A stretch of 64,000 bases of DNA from a virus. Taxonomy: Duplodnaviria > Caudoviricetes. Below are positions 44,175-54,566 of the stretch, one piece after another. Below the pieces are notes generated by a model. It saw only the letters and a list, made by a program, of their open reading frames with translations, made no database searches and was not told the DNA's origin. The translations under genes and the position numbers were made by a program. The DNA lies in IMG/VR virus record IMGVR_UViG_3300028048_000112, positions 24,956 through 88,955 of that record. One strand, written 5' to 3'. The stretch's first letter is position 1, and each line of letters opens with the position of its first letter.

Positions 44175-45728
44175 ATGATGGAAAACGATCCTTTTTATAG
44201 CGTAGGCTTAGAATTAGCTGAAAAAGAAGACGAGCAATTTTACAAAAATGTTCGTATACCTAATGACATGATCACTATGAAAAATGATACTAAAGATGAT
44301 GTAAATAAGGACGTCGAATATACCGAAGATGGTAGAAGAAAAGATGTATTTTCGGTCATATTTAAACCTGATCCTAAATATCCTAATCCGGATGTAACAG
44401 GAAATGGTGTAGCAACATCTTTAGAAAATCTTACACAAAATGATTGTGAAAATGCGTTTTATAACATAGAATGCTCATTCAATATGATTAAAGAAAGGGC
44501 TAAGTCTATATTAGATTTGATTCCACCAAAGAGTAATTTAGCTCACAAGGTTATTTTCAAAAATCTTGTAGCAAATGGTTCTACAGTTATTGCTCATTAT
44601 GACTATCACAAAATAATCAAAATGAGTGATAATGAGATGGTAAAACTCATTATCGGTTTCTTTAAAGGTATATCAAGAATCAATTTCGGAAAACCTGTGG
44701 AAATTATCGGGAATTCGAATGTTGTAGATACTCTTTATAAGAACTATGAAGAAGATAAACTCCATGCTATTGGTGGTATCGAGCATGCTCTTAATCAAGA
44801 TCAGCCAAATCTGATAAAACTTATTTGGAATGATACTTATGACAAAGCTGTTGAAGAAATAGAAGAATTCGCAAGAATCATTTATAAATTTTGCATCAAT
44901 TTCAATACAGAAAAAGTATTTTCTAAAGTATCTAAGAACTTTTCAAGATATTTTAACCTGTATAATGATGAAAATAAAAAGAAATCTGTAGTCAAGTTGT
45001 TATCATTTATGGTTACTGTATCCAAAAATATAGAAACTATATTAAACAATGTGTCTTCAGATTATAAGTTTATTAATGCTACTACAGTTCCTGCAAAGAA
45101 TCTTAAAATTATAAAAAAAGGACTTATAACTTCAGTAGAAAAAATAAATCCTTGGATAGGTTCTGATTATCATTTACTTAAAGAATACATAACTTCTGAC
45201 GGAAGCGATGTTAGTAGAACTGAGAATATAATAAAGATGCATAACTCTGTTGTAAAACCAGATGATGTGTTTTTATTCTTAGGTGACCTTTCTGAAAGTG
45301 AATTCTTTGATCATAACCATAAGAAAATGCAGGAAATGATCATTCAGTATTGTAAACGGCTCAATGGTAAGAAAATCATAATCACAGGTAATAATGATAC
45401 TTGTGACGATTCGTTCTTAAAGAAATGTGGTTTCATCGAAATATATAGAAATCCTATCATTACTGAACGACATATTTTTTCACATGGTCCAATAGAGACC
45501 GACAGAATGATGAATGTTCATGGTCATATCCATGGAACCAAATCTTACTGGGGAATAGATTATTATAATCATTTCGATGTATTCCATGAACTATGGGGAA
45601 AGCCAGTTAAACTTTCTTTCATCGATAAAATTCCTAACCAGGAAGCATATTATAACGGGTGCAAATCAGAAATGGATAAAGCTCGTGATCCGGAATCTCA
45701 AAAGATTCCAGAAAATTATATAGAATAG
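44175..45728 (+). CDS. Calcineurin-like metallophosphoesterase fused to a ~310-aa N-terminal domain
   Basis: GSDYH, FLGDL, ITGNND, FSHGP, NVHGHIH motifs in the C-terminal third. Confidence 0.85.
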   Translation: MMENDPFYSVGLELAEKEDEQFYKNVRIPNDMITMKNDTKDDVNKDVEYTEDGRRKDVFSVIFKPDPKYPNPDVTGNGVATSLENLTQNDCENAFYNIECSFNMIKERAKSILDLIPPKSNLAHKVIFKNLVANGSTVIAHYDYHKIIKMSDNEMVKLIIGFFKGISRINFGKPVEIIGNSNVVDTLYKNYEEDKLHAIGGIEHALNQDQPNLIKLIWNDTYDKAVEEIEEFARIIYKFCINFNTEKVFSKVSKNFSRYFNLYNDENKKKSVVKLLSFMVTVSKNIETILNNVSSDYKFINATTVPAKNLKIIKKGLITSVEKINPWIGSDYHLLKEYITSDGSDVSRTENIIKMHNSVVKPDDVFLFLGDLSESEFFDHNHKKMQEMIIQYCKRLNGKKIIITGNNDTCDDSFLKKCGFIEIYRNPIITERHIFSHGPIETDRMMNVHGHIHGTKSYWGIDYYNHFDVFHELWGKPVKLSFIDKIPNQEAYYNGCKSEMDKARDPESQKIPENYIE

Positions 45729-45738
45729 GAGAACACAA

Positions 45739-47136
45739 ATGAGTGTTGATAATGAGGCTAAATTTATTCATCTGTCTTTTGAAGAATATATAGCAGATTC
45801 CAAAAAAGATTTTGAAGAAATAAAGAAACTGAATACGAGTCTTGTGAAGAACGATAGGTCATTTGAAAACGATATCAGAATGATCAAAGAAGCTTATGCT
45901 AATCGTTCTCTCGAAGATACTGGTAAGGATCAGAAAATTGCATTCGGAACAAGAATTAAGGAATTTTTCTTGAAGTTGTGGAAAATGATTTGTGTGATTT
46001 TCGAACGCATTTCTGCACTTGTTGTGAATCTTATCAAAAGTATAATCATATTCCTCAAGAAAAAGAAATTGCAGTCAAATCTCATATTCCAGAAAGTTGA
46101 ATCTGCTGGTGGTGTAAAAGCTTACAATTTCCGTAATGATGATATTATCGGTAAAGCTTTTGCTAAAAATCCTACAGTTAAAGTTCTTGCAAGTCCTAAG
46201 AAAGCTAATGCTTGTCTTGGTCACGATTACGTTATCGGAAGACTTAACTCTAAGATGCTCAAGTCATTTATGAGTGTAAAAGTCAATGCTGATAATCCTA
46301 AGAGTATGTATGACTTCGAGATTCTTAAGCAGCGTCTTGTAGATCTAAATAAAACAAAAACTGCTGATAAACTTAAGATTCTTAGTGGTCTTGAAGTTGC
46401 TGTTAAGTCTTGGTATGCAAGAGCTGTATTCTTCAATGAACCAGAACCTTCTGCAGGACAAACAGCATTTGCTGAAGCTACATATGAACGTGATACGATT
46501 GCTAATTTCCTTTTGACACGTAATGTGGATGCTCTTGCACATTATCTGGTATTGGGTCAGTCAAATCCTAAATACCTTAATGCTCCTTTGCGTGCTTATT
46601 TCGGTCTTACAGGATACAATCCTGCTATAGATATTACAAAACTTGCAATTTACTTTGAGGAGTATTACAATACTTCTCAGCTTGTAATTGGCAATGGTGG
46701 TTATATCGAACAGCTCGAAAGAGTTCTTAAGACTTATAACGCAGCAGCTAAGAGAGATGCAAAAACTATTAAATCTATGAGAGACAGCATTATTGCTGCA
46801 ATTACTGGCATTGCTAATATGGACGATTCTACAGCTAAAGAAACTGGAAAATCATACGATTTCTATAATCGTTTGACAAATGTTGTACAGCAGATTAAGC
46901 TCATGAAGACTCACTTTATTAGACTTCGCCAGACAGCTCTTATAGATATCATCAATCTGTATTCTATGGAAAATACAGCGTGGTCTATTCTTACAGGAAA
47001 CTGGAAGAAAGTTGATCCTAATGATGCTATCATGAACGATGAAAAAATTGATCTTGATGATAATACTATTATCAAGCGTCCTGGTGCACAGTATTCTCAA
47101 CCAGAAGACGAAGCTCCAGTATTTATTGCATCTTAA
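45739..47136 (+). CDS. Internal head protein paralog
   Basis: SFEE/SFEN/SLED sites then RIKEFFLKLWKMI amphipathic helix. Confidence 0.65.
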   Translation: MSVDNEAKFIHLSFEEYIADSKKDFEEIKKLNTSLVKNDRSFENDIRMIKEAYANRSLEDTGKDQKIAFGTRIKEFFLKLWKMICVIFERISALVVNLIKSIIIFLKKKKLQSNLIFQKVESAGGVKAYNFRNDDIIGKAFAKNPTVKVLASPKKANACLGHDYVIGRLNSKMLKSFMSVKVNADNPKSMYDFEILKQRLVDLNKTKTADKLKILSGLEVAVKSWYARAVFFNEPEPSAGQTAFAEATYERDTIANFLLTRNVDALAHYLVLGQSNPKYLNAPLRAYFGLTGYNPAIDITKLAIYFEEYYNTSQLVIGNGGYIEQLERVLKTYNAAAKRDAKTIKSMRDSIIAAITGIANMDDSTAKETGKSYDFYNRLTNVVQQIKLMKTHFIRLRQTALIDIINLYSMENTAWSILTGNWKKVDPNDAIMNDEKIDLDDNTIIKRPGAQYSQPEDEAPVFIAS

Positions 47137-47184
47137 CAATAAACAGAGGCTCGTTCATGAGCCTCTGTTTTATATTATTCATTC

Positions 47185-47197
47185 ACAATTCTATATA
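47185..47197 (+). promoter_or_regulatory. Late-type promoter motif
   Basis: ACAATTCTATATA. Confidence 0.6.
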
Positions 47198-47214
47198 ACA
47201 AAGGAGTGTTTTAA

Positions 47215-48027
47215 ATGACTATAGAAGAGAAAAATCCTAGACCAGATATGGTCGATTTGAAAATGAACATTGATCCTAATCTTAAAGACGATACAATGTT
47301 GAAAATGGGTGATAGAGATGTGTCATATGCGGATCTTAAAAAATATTTTTCACCACGAAAACAAGATCCAATCAGAGCTCTAATATACTGGGACGATATA
47401 TGCCAATTAACTTCTATTGGTCTTATAGAAGTTATAAACGAAGTTGCAAAATCTAATGCTAAAATAGATATTGAGCACTTTTTAACAAGACCTAACGAAT
47501 ATGCATATGGTATACATTACGTTTATAAGCTTTATGAAAAAGTTTTATCTAAACAGAAAATCCTTGAAATAAAACGTGCTCTTTATTGGGAAATTATGGA
47601 AAGATCATTACGAACTGCGTTCTTTACTAGTATTTTACGTCTAGATAAATATTTTGATAAACTCGGATTCTTTTTTCCATTTCATTTCAAAAATGAACAG
47701 AAACTTAAATCCGAATTCAAAGATATATTCTTCAGAGATTCTACTCCAGATAAAATAAATTTTTATTTCGCTTGTGATAAAGTTGCATTTAATGATTGTA
47801 TTAAAGAAAGCTATAATTGTGTAGTTACACCAAATATTTCACAAACTTACGAATACATATTGAAAAACGATTTGAAACGTATTATGATTTTGGGTCCTGA
47901 GGCTCATAATGGTTTAACTCCAGAGCTTTATGATATGCTAAATAAAATCAGTATATTGCCAAAACCTAATTATTGTGAAATTAACGTATTTCATGAGCAA
48001 ATTTCATTACTAAGCGACACTATATAG
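47215..48027 (+). CDS. Hypothetical protein
   Basis: 270 aa, AAGGAG SD. Confidence 0.8.
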   Translation: MTIEEKNPRPDMVDLKMNIDPNLKDDTMLKMGDRDVSYADLKKYFSPRKQDPIRALIYWDDICQLTSIGLIEVINEVAKSNAKIDIEHFLTRPNEYAYGIHYVYKLYEKVLSKQKILEIKRALYWEIMERSLRTAFFTSILRLDKYFDKLGFFFPFHFKNEQKLKSEFKDIFFRDSTPDKINFYFACDKVAFNDCIKESYNCVVTPNISQTYEYILKNDLKRIMILGPEAHNGLTPELYDMLNKISILPKPNYCEINVFHEQISLLSDTI

Positions 48028-48038
48028 AAGAAATATGA

Positions 48039-48051
48039 ACATTTTTATATA
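48039..48051 (+). promoter_or_regulatory. Late-type promoter motif
   Basis: AACATTTTTATATA. Confidence 0.6.
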
Positions 48052-48090
48052 ATACACATAAGGGAGAACTTTGATGAAAAGGGTGCATTT

Positions 48091-49311
48091 ATGAGTGATA
48101 ACATGACTTACAATGAACTTATGTGGTCATTAGAAGAAGAAAAGGAAAAATTACAAGTCGAAAACAAAGATAAAGAGATGAGATCTGAAATAAAACCGTC
48201 TAAAGCGGACAATAACAAATCGATTCTCGATAAAGCAAAAGAACTGCCAGCTAAAGCAGATCATATTGCTAAAAACTTTAGATTATGGGCTAGAAAGCGC
48301 AAAAATCTAAGTTTTTATAAAAAATATTTGGATCGTGTTAGATCAGGCCTTTATGACCGTTATGCTAGTGAAGCACAAATCATGGAATCTACTATGGTAG
48401 ATGATCCAGTAACAGTTTTAAAAGGCCCGGCTAAATCATATATAAGTCATTTGGTCAAAAAGACTAATGAACTTTATAAGGTAATCAGCGAAATATCTAA
48501 GAAACTTGAAGATGCTACAACTGCAGAAAGTGCAATAGATGTAGTTAAAGGATATTGTAAAGATGTTGATGGAAAATCGCAAAATATTAAAGGCGATATG
48601 ATTAATGATGAAAAATCTTCTTGGAAAGAAAAAATAATTAGAGCTACACGATATAAACTTGCTACCATTCTTTTTAAAGGTAGAGATACCGGTATTTACG
48701 GATATACTATAAAAAGTTGTGTTCTCAAACACTTTCCAAAGCCAAATCATCTTATAGTAACGCTTTTTTGTCAAGATCCTGAAGAACATCCACATGAACA
48801 GAGTGTTTCTGAAATTTTCAAATCCGCTGATAGTTTCGATATTCTTGCTAATTCCGATAAAACTGATATCTTTAACGTCGCTAACATGACTAGTGCGGTT
48901 TTAAACAAAACCGTTAATGGAAATGTTATGAACGAAATTAAAGAAAATAAAGCTTCAGCTATTTCGAATTTCAAAAGAGCTGATGTAGAAAACAAAAAAG
49001 ATGAAGCAAAAATCATCGATTCTATATGGGATGGTGTTAATGCTTCATGCAAACTTCTTTTAGGACAAAAGTCTTATCTAATTAAGTGTATTAACATTTA
49101 CTTTGATATGATATTGCGCATAGACAATCTCGCTGTTAACAGTATCAAACAAATGCTTCAGGTCGAAAATGAACATCGTGATACAAGATACGATAAGCAT
49201 TCGAAGCTTTCTCATATAAAAGATACTAAAGAGCAACGTGAAAAACATCAAGCAGATGTTGAACGTGCTAAACGTATACGAGATGCAACAAAACGTCTTA
49301 ACAGAATGTGA
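48091..49311 (+). CDS. Putative head protein
   Basis: WSLEE N-terminal site; cluster context. Confidence 0.6.
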   Translation: MSDNMTYNELMWSLEEEKEKLQVENKDKEMRSEIKPSKADNNKSILDKAKELPAKADHIAKNFRLWARKRKNLSFYKKYLDRVRSGLYDRYASEAQIMESTMVDDPVTVLKGPAKSYISHLVKKTNELYKVISEISKKLEDATTAESAIDVVKGYCKDVDGKSQNIKGDMINDEKSSWKEKIIRATRYKLATILFKGRDTGIYGYTIKSCVLKHFPKPNHLIVTLFCQDPEEHPHEQSVSEIFKSADSFDILANSDKTDIFNVANMTSAVLNKTVNGNVMNEIKENKASAISNFKRADVENKKDEAKIIDSIWDGVNASCKLLLGQKSYLIKCINIYFDMILRIDNLAVNSIKQMLQVENEHRDTRYDKHSKLSHIKDTKEQREKHQADVERAKRIRDATKRLNRM

Positions 49312-49541
49312 TTTGTCCTAAATACAATGCTTAATTTGCATTATTCACTTGCTATAAGATTTTCGGTCATGGTGAACGTTTTATTTATGGGATGAGTTAT
49401 TTTATATATTCATCTATAAATAGATTAATAACTATAGTCCATCTTATTAGCAATTTCAATATTTCGTATCGTGTGTAGTGGATGAAGAATGCACGATTAA
49501 ATATATAAAATAAACCACTAAAATTAATGGAGATAATAATT

Positions 49542-50714
49542 ATGGATTATTCAATCGAATCTTTGATTGCTGAAGGTACAGGTCTTAAAGTTAGGGATAC
49601 AACATATCCTTCAACTTCTACTGAAGCTTATGATGGATATTATGATGGTGTTTGTGCAGAACTTGCACGTTCTTTTGAGAACCTTGAATTCCTCGACACA
49701 TATTCTAAGATCAATGCTGCAAATGCTGATGCTAAGCTTCGCATGATGAAGAGACTTAAGAGAGTTTACGGTTCAACAATCGATGATCAGGCTAAGGCAA
49801 GTTCTGTAGAAAGCTACATCGATAACAATATCAGATCTCTTGAAGCTGATGATGGTAAGAAAGATGCTCAGAAAAAAGGTTTCTTTGCACGTATTGTTGA
49901 AGCTCTCAAAACACTTCTCGCAAATATCAGAGATTTTTTCAAAAGAGTTTGGGAAAAAATTAGAGGCCTTTTCTCTAAGAAAAATGAGAATAACTCTGAG
50001 GTAATGACTAAAGAACAGATCGAAGAGTTGTTTAAAGAAACAAAAATCAAGCACGGTGCTGTAAATAAAGGAACACATGAAATAAACGCAAATCAGTCTG
50101 GTTTACTTCTTGTAAATTTTGCTAAAATCGATTTTAACAAAGTAAAAGCCACAATGGCAAGAATTGCCAAAACAACTGATCTTGCTGCAAATATTAACGA
50201 TGCTGGCGGTCTCAAAAGACATCCTGATGCAAACGGCAATACACCACAGTATGTTAATATGAATGTTTCAAAAGATTCCGATCCCAAATTGTATGGAGAA
50301 GTCCAAGCTGCTCTTAAAATGGATGACATGGGTATTGCAGAAAGATACTTTGGTGCTAAAAAAGCTACTCCAGAAGAAATTTCTAGATTGGGCGTAAGGA
50401 ATATTGTTAACTGCATTAACGCATTTAATAATCTTCATGTGGAAACAAATAATGTTGAAAAACTTCTCGATGCAAAAATCAAAATGCTCGAGAATAAAAT
50501 CAAGTCTGGTGCTCAGGTCGACGAAAAGTATATGAGCACATTGACCAACAACATTAGGAATTATGCTAAATTCTGCACAAAGATTACAAGCGTAGGTGTA
50601 AAGATTTGTACATCAGCTAACAAGGTTCTTGTTCCTAAAAAAGGTACAAACAAAACACCTAACCCAACAAACAATAACGCAGCAACAAAGAAAGGCCAGA
50701 AGAAGACTGCCTAA
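49542..50714 (+). CDS. Internal head protein paralog (YSIESLIAE family)
   Basis: Start MDYSIES after GGAG; shares a ~105-aa propeptide with 50802 and 52534. Confidence 0.7.
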   Translation: MDYSIESLIAEGTGLKVRDTTYPSTSTEAYDGYYDGVCAELARSFENLEFLDTYSKINAANADAKLRMMKRLKRVYGSTIDDQAKASSVESYIDNNIRSLEADDGKKDAQKKGFFARIVEALKTLLANIRDFFKRVWEKIRGLFSKKNENNSEVMTKEQIEELFKETKIKHGAVNKGTHEINANQSGLLLVNFAKIDFNKVKATMARIAKTTDLAANINDAGGLKRHPDANGNTPQYVNMNVSKDSDPKLYGEVQAALKMDDMGIAERYFGAKKATPEEISRLGVRNIVNCINAFNNLHVETNNVEKLLDAKIKMLENKIKSGAQVDEKYMSTLTNNIRNYAKFCTKITSVGVKICTSANKVLVPKKGTNKTPNPTNNNAATKKGQKKTA

Positions 50715-50801
50715 TATTCATTTAGCGTGAATTAATTTTAACGGAGGGAGGGTTCCTCCCTCCGTTTTTCTAAAAACTTTAATTTATGAGGAGAAACGCA
50801 A

Positions 50802-52451
50802 ATGGCTAATGCCGAATTTTCTATCGAATCTCTCATTGCTGAAAGTACAGGTCTTATAGAAAAGAAACCTATACAGCAGACTGCCATTCTTAGTGAAGAG
50901 GCATATGACGGTGATGAAGATTCTCTCACAAAAGAATTTTATAAATCCGTAGAGGATTTTGACTCATATTGTACACTTGAACGTATCAACAAAATGCACA
51001 ATGCTGAAAAGATTAGAATGCTTAATAACCTTAGAAAAGTTTATGGCTCTTCTATTGAACATTATGGTGCTAAACTCTCCATAGAATCGTATATCGATCG
51101 TGAAATACGTTCTACAGAAGATGACACAAACAATCCTTCTCCTTCTAAACCAAACGATAATAACGGAAATGAAGGAAAAAAGGAAAATATAATTGTCAGA
51201 TTCTTCAAATGGATAAACGAAAAAGTCATTCAACCAGCATGGCAATGGCTAAAAAAGAAACTCGCAGCATTCTGGGAATGGGTGTCTAAAAGAATCGATC
51301 GTTTCCGTGAAAGAAAAGGTGATAACATAACAGCTGAAGTAGAAGAGATCGAAAAAGAACTGGATAATGTTATTTCCGAAATCCAAAATGATAATAGCTC
51401 CGATAATTCAACTACGACTAATGAAACTGAAACTACCAAAACCAAAGATAAAAAACCTAGCAAATTGAAAAACGCATTTGCAGATGCTGGTAAAAAAATT
51501 AAAGAAGGTGCTGGAAAATTCATTAGTGGCGAATGGGGCGAAGAACAACAAAAGAAAATCGCTGCAAAATTCCATAAGATTTCAGAAAGAACTTCTAAAA
51601 TTTTGGAAAAAATCAAAAAAGCGAAAGAAACCAATGAAGAAAATGCAAAATCTAACGAAGTTGCAGAAGCTGAAAAAAAGCTTGTTGAAAGTAAGAAAGA
51701 AGTAGAATCTATCATTTCTAATATCGCAGCATTTATGAAAAAACCAAACGCTTTCACAACTAAACTCAATTCACTGAAACAAAGATTTAGTGAAGCTAGA
51801 GAAAAATCTAAAGCGATTAAAGCAAATAAACTCGACATGAAGAAAATCCTTAAAGAACTTGGAACAGACAAAATTGTCGATATACGTGGTTCAAAAGGAC
51901 AGAGCGGAAAACTCTTTACTTATCTTGAAGAAACTACTAGATTTGCAACTGATATGCAGAAAAAATTTACAGCATTCTTTAGAAAAGGAACTGCTGTAGA
52001 TATGAATTTTAAGAAACCGGAAAACGACAAATCGGATTTCGAAAATTTTGATAAATTCGTAACGAATATTCTCGGATGGAAACTTATTTCTATGAGAGAT
52101 GTCAAAAAAGACGAAATCACAATTAGAGAAGTCTATAAGCCTGGATCTATAGGCCCGCTTTCAAAATTTTATAATATGACGACGGCAAAACTTGAAGCTT
52201 GTGCGAAAACTTTGAACGATCTAACATCAAATATTTCTAAAACTGCTGAACAGCAGATAAAAAATGGACAACCAGTAAATATGGATGCGTTAGCAAAATT
52301 AAAAGAAATCGTACAGGTTCATACAACAGTATTTACTAAATCACAAATGAATCTTGGAAAAATTCATTCTCAAGCAAAGAAAATAATAACGTCGCTCTAC
52401 GATGTTGGTGGTTCTGATAAATCTTCAAAAGGTGAGTCAGCAGCTGCTTAA
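50802..52451 (+). CDS. Internal head protein paralog (FSIESLIAE family)
   Basis: Shared propeptide KIRML..L.KVYGS...SIESY. Confidence 0.7.
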   Translation: MANAEFSIESLIAESTGLIEKKPIQQTAILSEEAYDGDEDSLTKEFYKSVEDFDSYCTLERINKMHNAEKIRMLNNLRKVYGSSIEHYGAKLSIESYIDREIRSTEDDTNNPSPSKPNDNNGNEGKKENIIVRFFKWINEKVIQPAWQWLKKKLAAFWEWVSKRIDRFRERKGDNITAEVEEIEKELDNVISEIQNDNSSDNSTTTNETETTKTKDKKPSKLKNAFADAGKKIKEGAGKFISGEWGEEQQKKIAAKFHKISERTSKILEKIKKAKETNEENAKSNEVAEAEKKLVESKKEVESIISNIAAFMKKPNAFTTKLNSLKQRFSEAREKSKAIKANKLDMKKILKELGTDKIVDIRGSKGQSGKLFTYLEETTRFATDMQKKFTAFFRKGTAVDMNFKKPENDKSDFENFDKFVTNILGWKLISMRDVKKDEITIREVYKPGSIGPLSKFYNMTTAKLEACAKTLNDLTSNISKTAEQQIKNGQPVNMDALAKLKEIVQVHTTVFTKSQMNLGKIHSQAKKIITSLYDVGGSDKSSKGESAAA

Positions 52452-52533
52452 TAAATCTTATAAAAACGTCTCGTCTCAAACGCGAGACGTTTTTTTTTTT
52501 TTACTTTTTTTTTAAGAAGGAGTAGAAAAAAAA

Positions 52534-54006
52534 ATGGAATATTCGATAGAATCACTTATTGCAGAATCTACCGGGATGAAATCTATCGTAGATGATAAAT
52601 TCACGAATAGTGAAGAAACTTTATATGACGGTTATGCTGACGGAATTGTTCAAGACACTTATCGTCAATTGGAATCCGTGGAATCAGCTTTATTGTTGGA
52701 AAAACTTTCTAGCAATAACGATGCTTCTAAGATTCGTATGCTTAAGCGTCTTAAACAAGTTTATGGCTCTACAATAGATAATCAAACTGCTCTTAAAGGA
52801 GTAGAATCGTATTTCGATAAAGCGTTCGAAAGATCTGATGAAGGTCTTATCGAAATGTGGATAAAGTTTCTTAAATGGATTAAATCCATAATCGAAGCAA
52901 TTCTTCGTGCTATTAAAAACTTTATTACTGGTCTTATAAGTGTATTTACAAATAAATTCAAAGACAAAAGTCGTAATCGTGAATATAGTAAAGAAGACGC
53001 ATTAAACATTATCGCTAATATTAAAACACAAGTTTTTAAAATGGATGCCAATTCTTCTCTTCGTTTATGGACTACAAATCCTAGCAAAGTTGAATCTGCC
53101 AATAAAGATCTTATAAAAGCTGTAGATGGTGTAAACAAAATGTCTAAGCGTTATAATGATCTAATTTCACGGCAAAAACACGACGATATGGACACTATAA
53201 AATCAAATAATACTCGAGCATCTGGATACTCTGAGGTTGAATATAAAATACTTAAAGACATCTCATTAGGACTAAGCGAAGGTGTTAAGAGCGATTGTGC
53301 CAATTTTGCTACAAAATATTTTAAACAAAGTTTATTTGAAGCTAACGTTTTTAATTTCAATCAGGTCATTAAAAACTTTAGTGCTGATGCTGTTAAAACT
53401 TGTAACAGTGCTGTAAAGAAATCTATGGTACAAATCGAATCTCTTATGAAAAGTATGAAATCTTGTATAGACAGTTTGGAAAAAAGTCTTGCTGTAAATA
53501 ATGAGAAAATTTATGTTAAACAAATAAATCACGATTCGATAAAAGATAGTCTAAGATCAATTGGTAATAGGGAAGAATCTACTAAGAGTTTGAAAGAAAG
53601 TTTGAAACTTTCTGTGGAATGCTGTAATTGTGCTACACGTGCTATGGTAGATTTTACTCAGAAAAATATCGCGATTTGTTCAGTGATCGATAGATTTTCT
53701 AAAAACGAAAGAATCGAAAAGGTCATTCCTGGAAGTGAAAAAGTTATTAGCAGAACTAACAGTGATTGGGGTTCGAACAAAGGATCGTCAAAATTAACCA
53801 ATCCTAATAACTATTATCAGAAATATAAAGCGGGTGTTTACAAAAAGGATGGAAGACCCGACTATTATAAAATGGCGAATGATCCGGTATATAAACAGAT
53901 TTGGAATGAAAAAATTGGGGAAACTGCCAATGCTTTCAATTCTGCTGTTAAAAAAGAACGAGATTCGCTTAAAGACATTGATGATGTATTAAATCAAATT
54001 CCATGA
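52534..54006 (+). CDS. Internal head protein paralog (YSIESLIAE family)
   Basis: Shared propeptide KIRMLKRLKQVYGS...GVESY. Confidence 0.7.
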   Translation: MEYSIESLIAESTGMKSIVDDKFTNSEETLYDGYADGIVQDTYRQLESVESALLLEKLSSNNDASKIRMLKRLKQVYGSTIDNQTALKGVESYFDKAFERSDEGLIEMWIKFLKWIKSIIEAILRAIKNFITGLISVFTNKFKDKSRNREYSKEDALNIIANIKTQVFKMDANSSLRLWTTNPSKVESANKDLIKAVDGVNKMSKRYNDLISRQKHDDMDTIKSNNTRASGYSEVEYKILKDISLGLSEGVKSDCANFATKYFKQSLFEANVFNFNQVIKNFSADAVKTCNSAVKKSMVQIESLMKSMKSCIDSLEKSLAVNNEKIYVKQINHDSIKDSLRSIGNREESTKSLKESLKLSVECCNCATRAMVDFTQKNIAICSVIDRFSKNERIEKVIPGSEKVISRTNSDWGSNKGSSKLTNPNNYYQKYKAGVYKKDGRPDYYKMANDPVYKQIWNEKIGETANAFNSAVKKERDSLKDIDDVLNQIP

Positions 54007-54011
54007 AAAAA

Positions 54012-54041
54012 AATACCAGAGAGTTCTACTCTCTGGTATTA
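54012..54041. terminator. Bidirectional terminator between the head cluster and the early island
   Basis: AATACCAGAGAG-TTCTA-CTCTCTGGTATT. Confidence 0.85.
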
Positions 54042-54096
54042 TTGTTAAAATGATTTAAAGTTTTAGATCAATAATGTAAAAATTGTATTAGATATA

Positions 54097-54564
54097 TTAC
54101 TGATCCCACCATCTCCATAAAATATGTTGATCAAGTGTGACGAGATTTGTTCCTCCTTTTTCGCAACATTCTATAATAATTTTTTGGATAAATTCATCTA
54201 GTAATGCTTCCAAACCATTTGCTTCAATACATATACTTCTAGATGTAACATTATATAATTTACATCCAGCAAGTTCAATGTTCCACTGGTGTTCTTTAAA
54301 ATCGATGAACGGTTTTATATTACCTACAGCTTCTTCAAAGAGCTTAATACCTTCATGAGTTAACACAAGATATAAACGCGAAGGTGTAATCATGGAAGCA
54401 TTCTTCCAAAATATAGAATCTCTTAAAATTTTCGCAATAGTTCTATAAGATCTTGCGACAAGTTCTTGATTTTCTTTCTCAGTTTCTATCTTTTTTGATA
54501 GTTGTTGAGAGACCTCTATTTCTCTTTTTTCATTACAAATAGTGACAAATTCTGACATTTCCAT
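54097..54564 (-). CDS. Hypothetical protein
   Basis: 155 aa; N-terminus resembles 61341..61808 (FV/I..CNEKR). Confidence 0.75.
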   Translation of the reverse strand: MEMSEFVTICNEKREIEVSQQLSKKIETEKENQELVARSYRTIAKILRDSIFWKNASMITPSRLYLVLTHEGIKLFEEAVGNIKPFIDFKEHQWNIELAGCKLYNVTSRSICIEANGLEALLDEFIQKIIIECCEKGGTNLVTLDQHILWRWWDQ

Positions 54565-54566
54565 AA

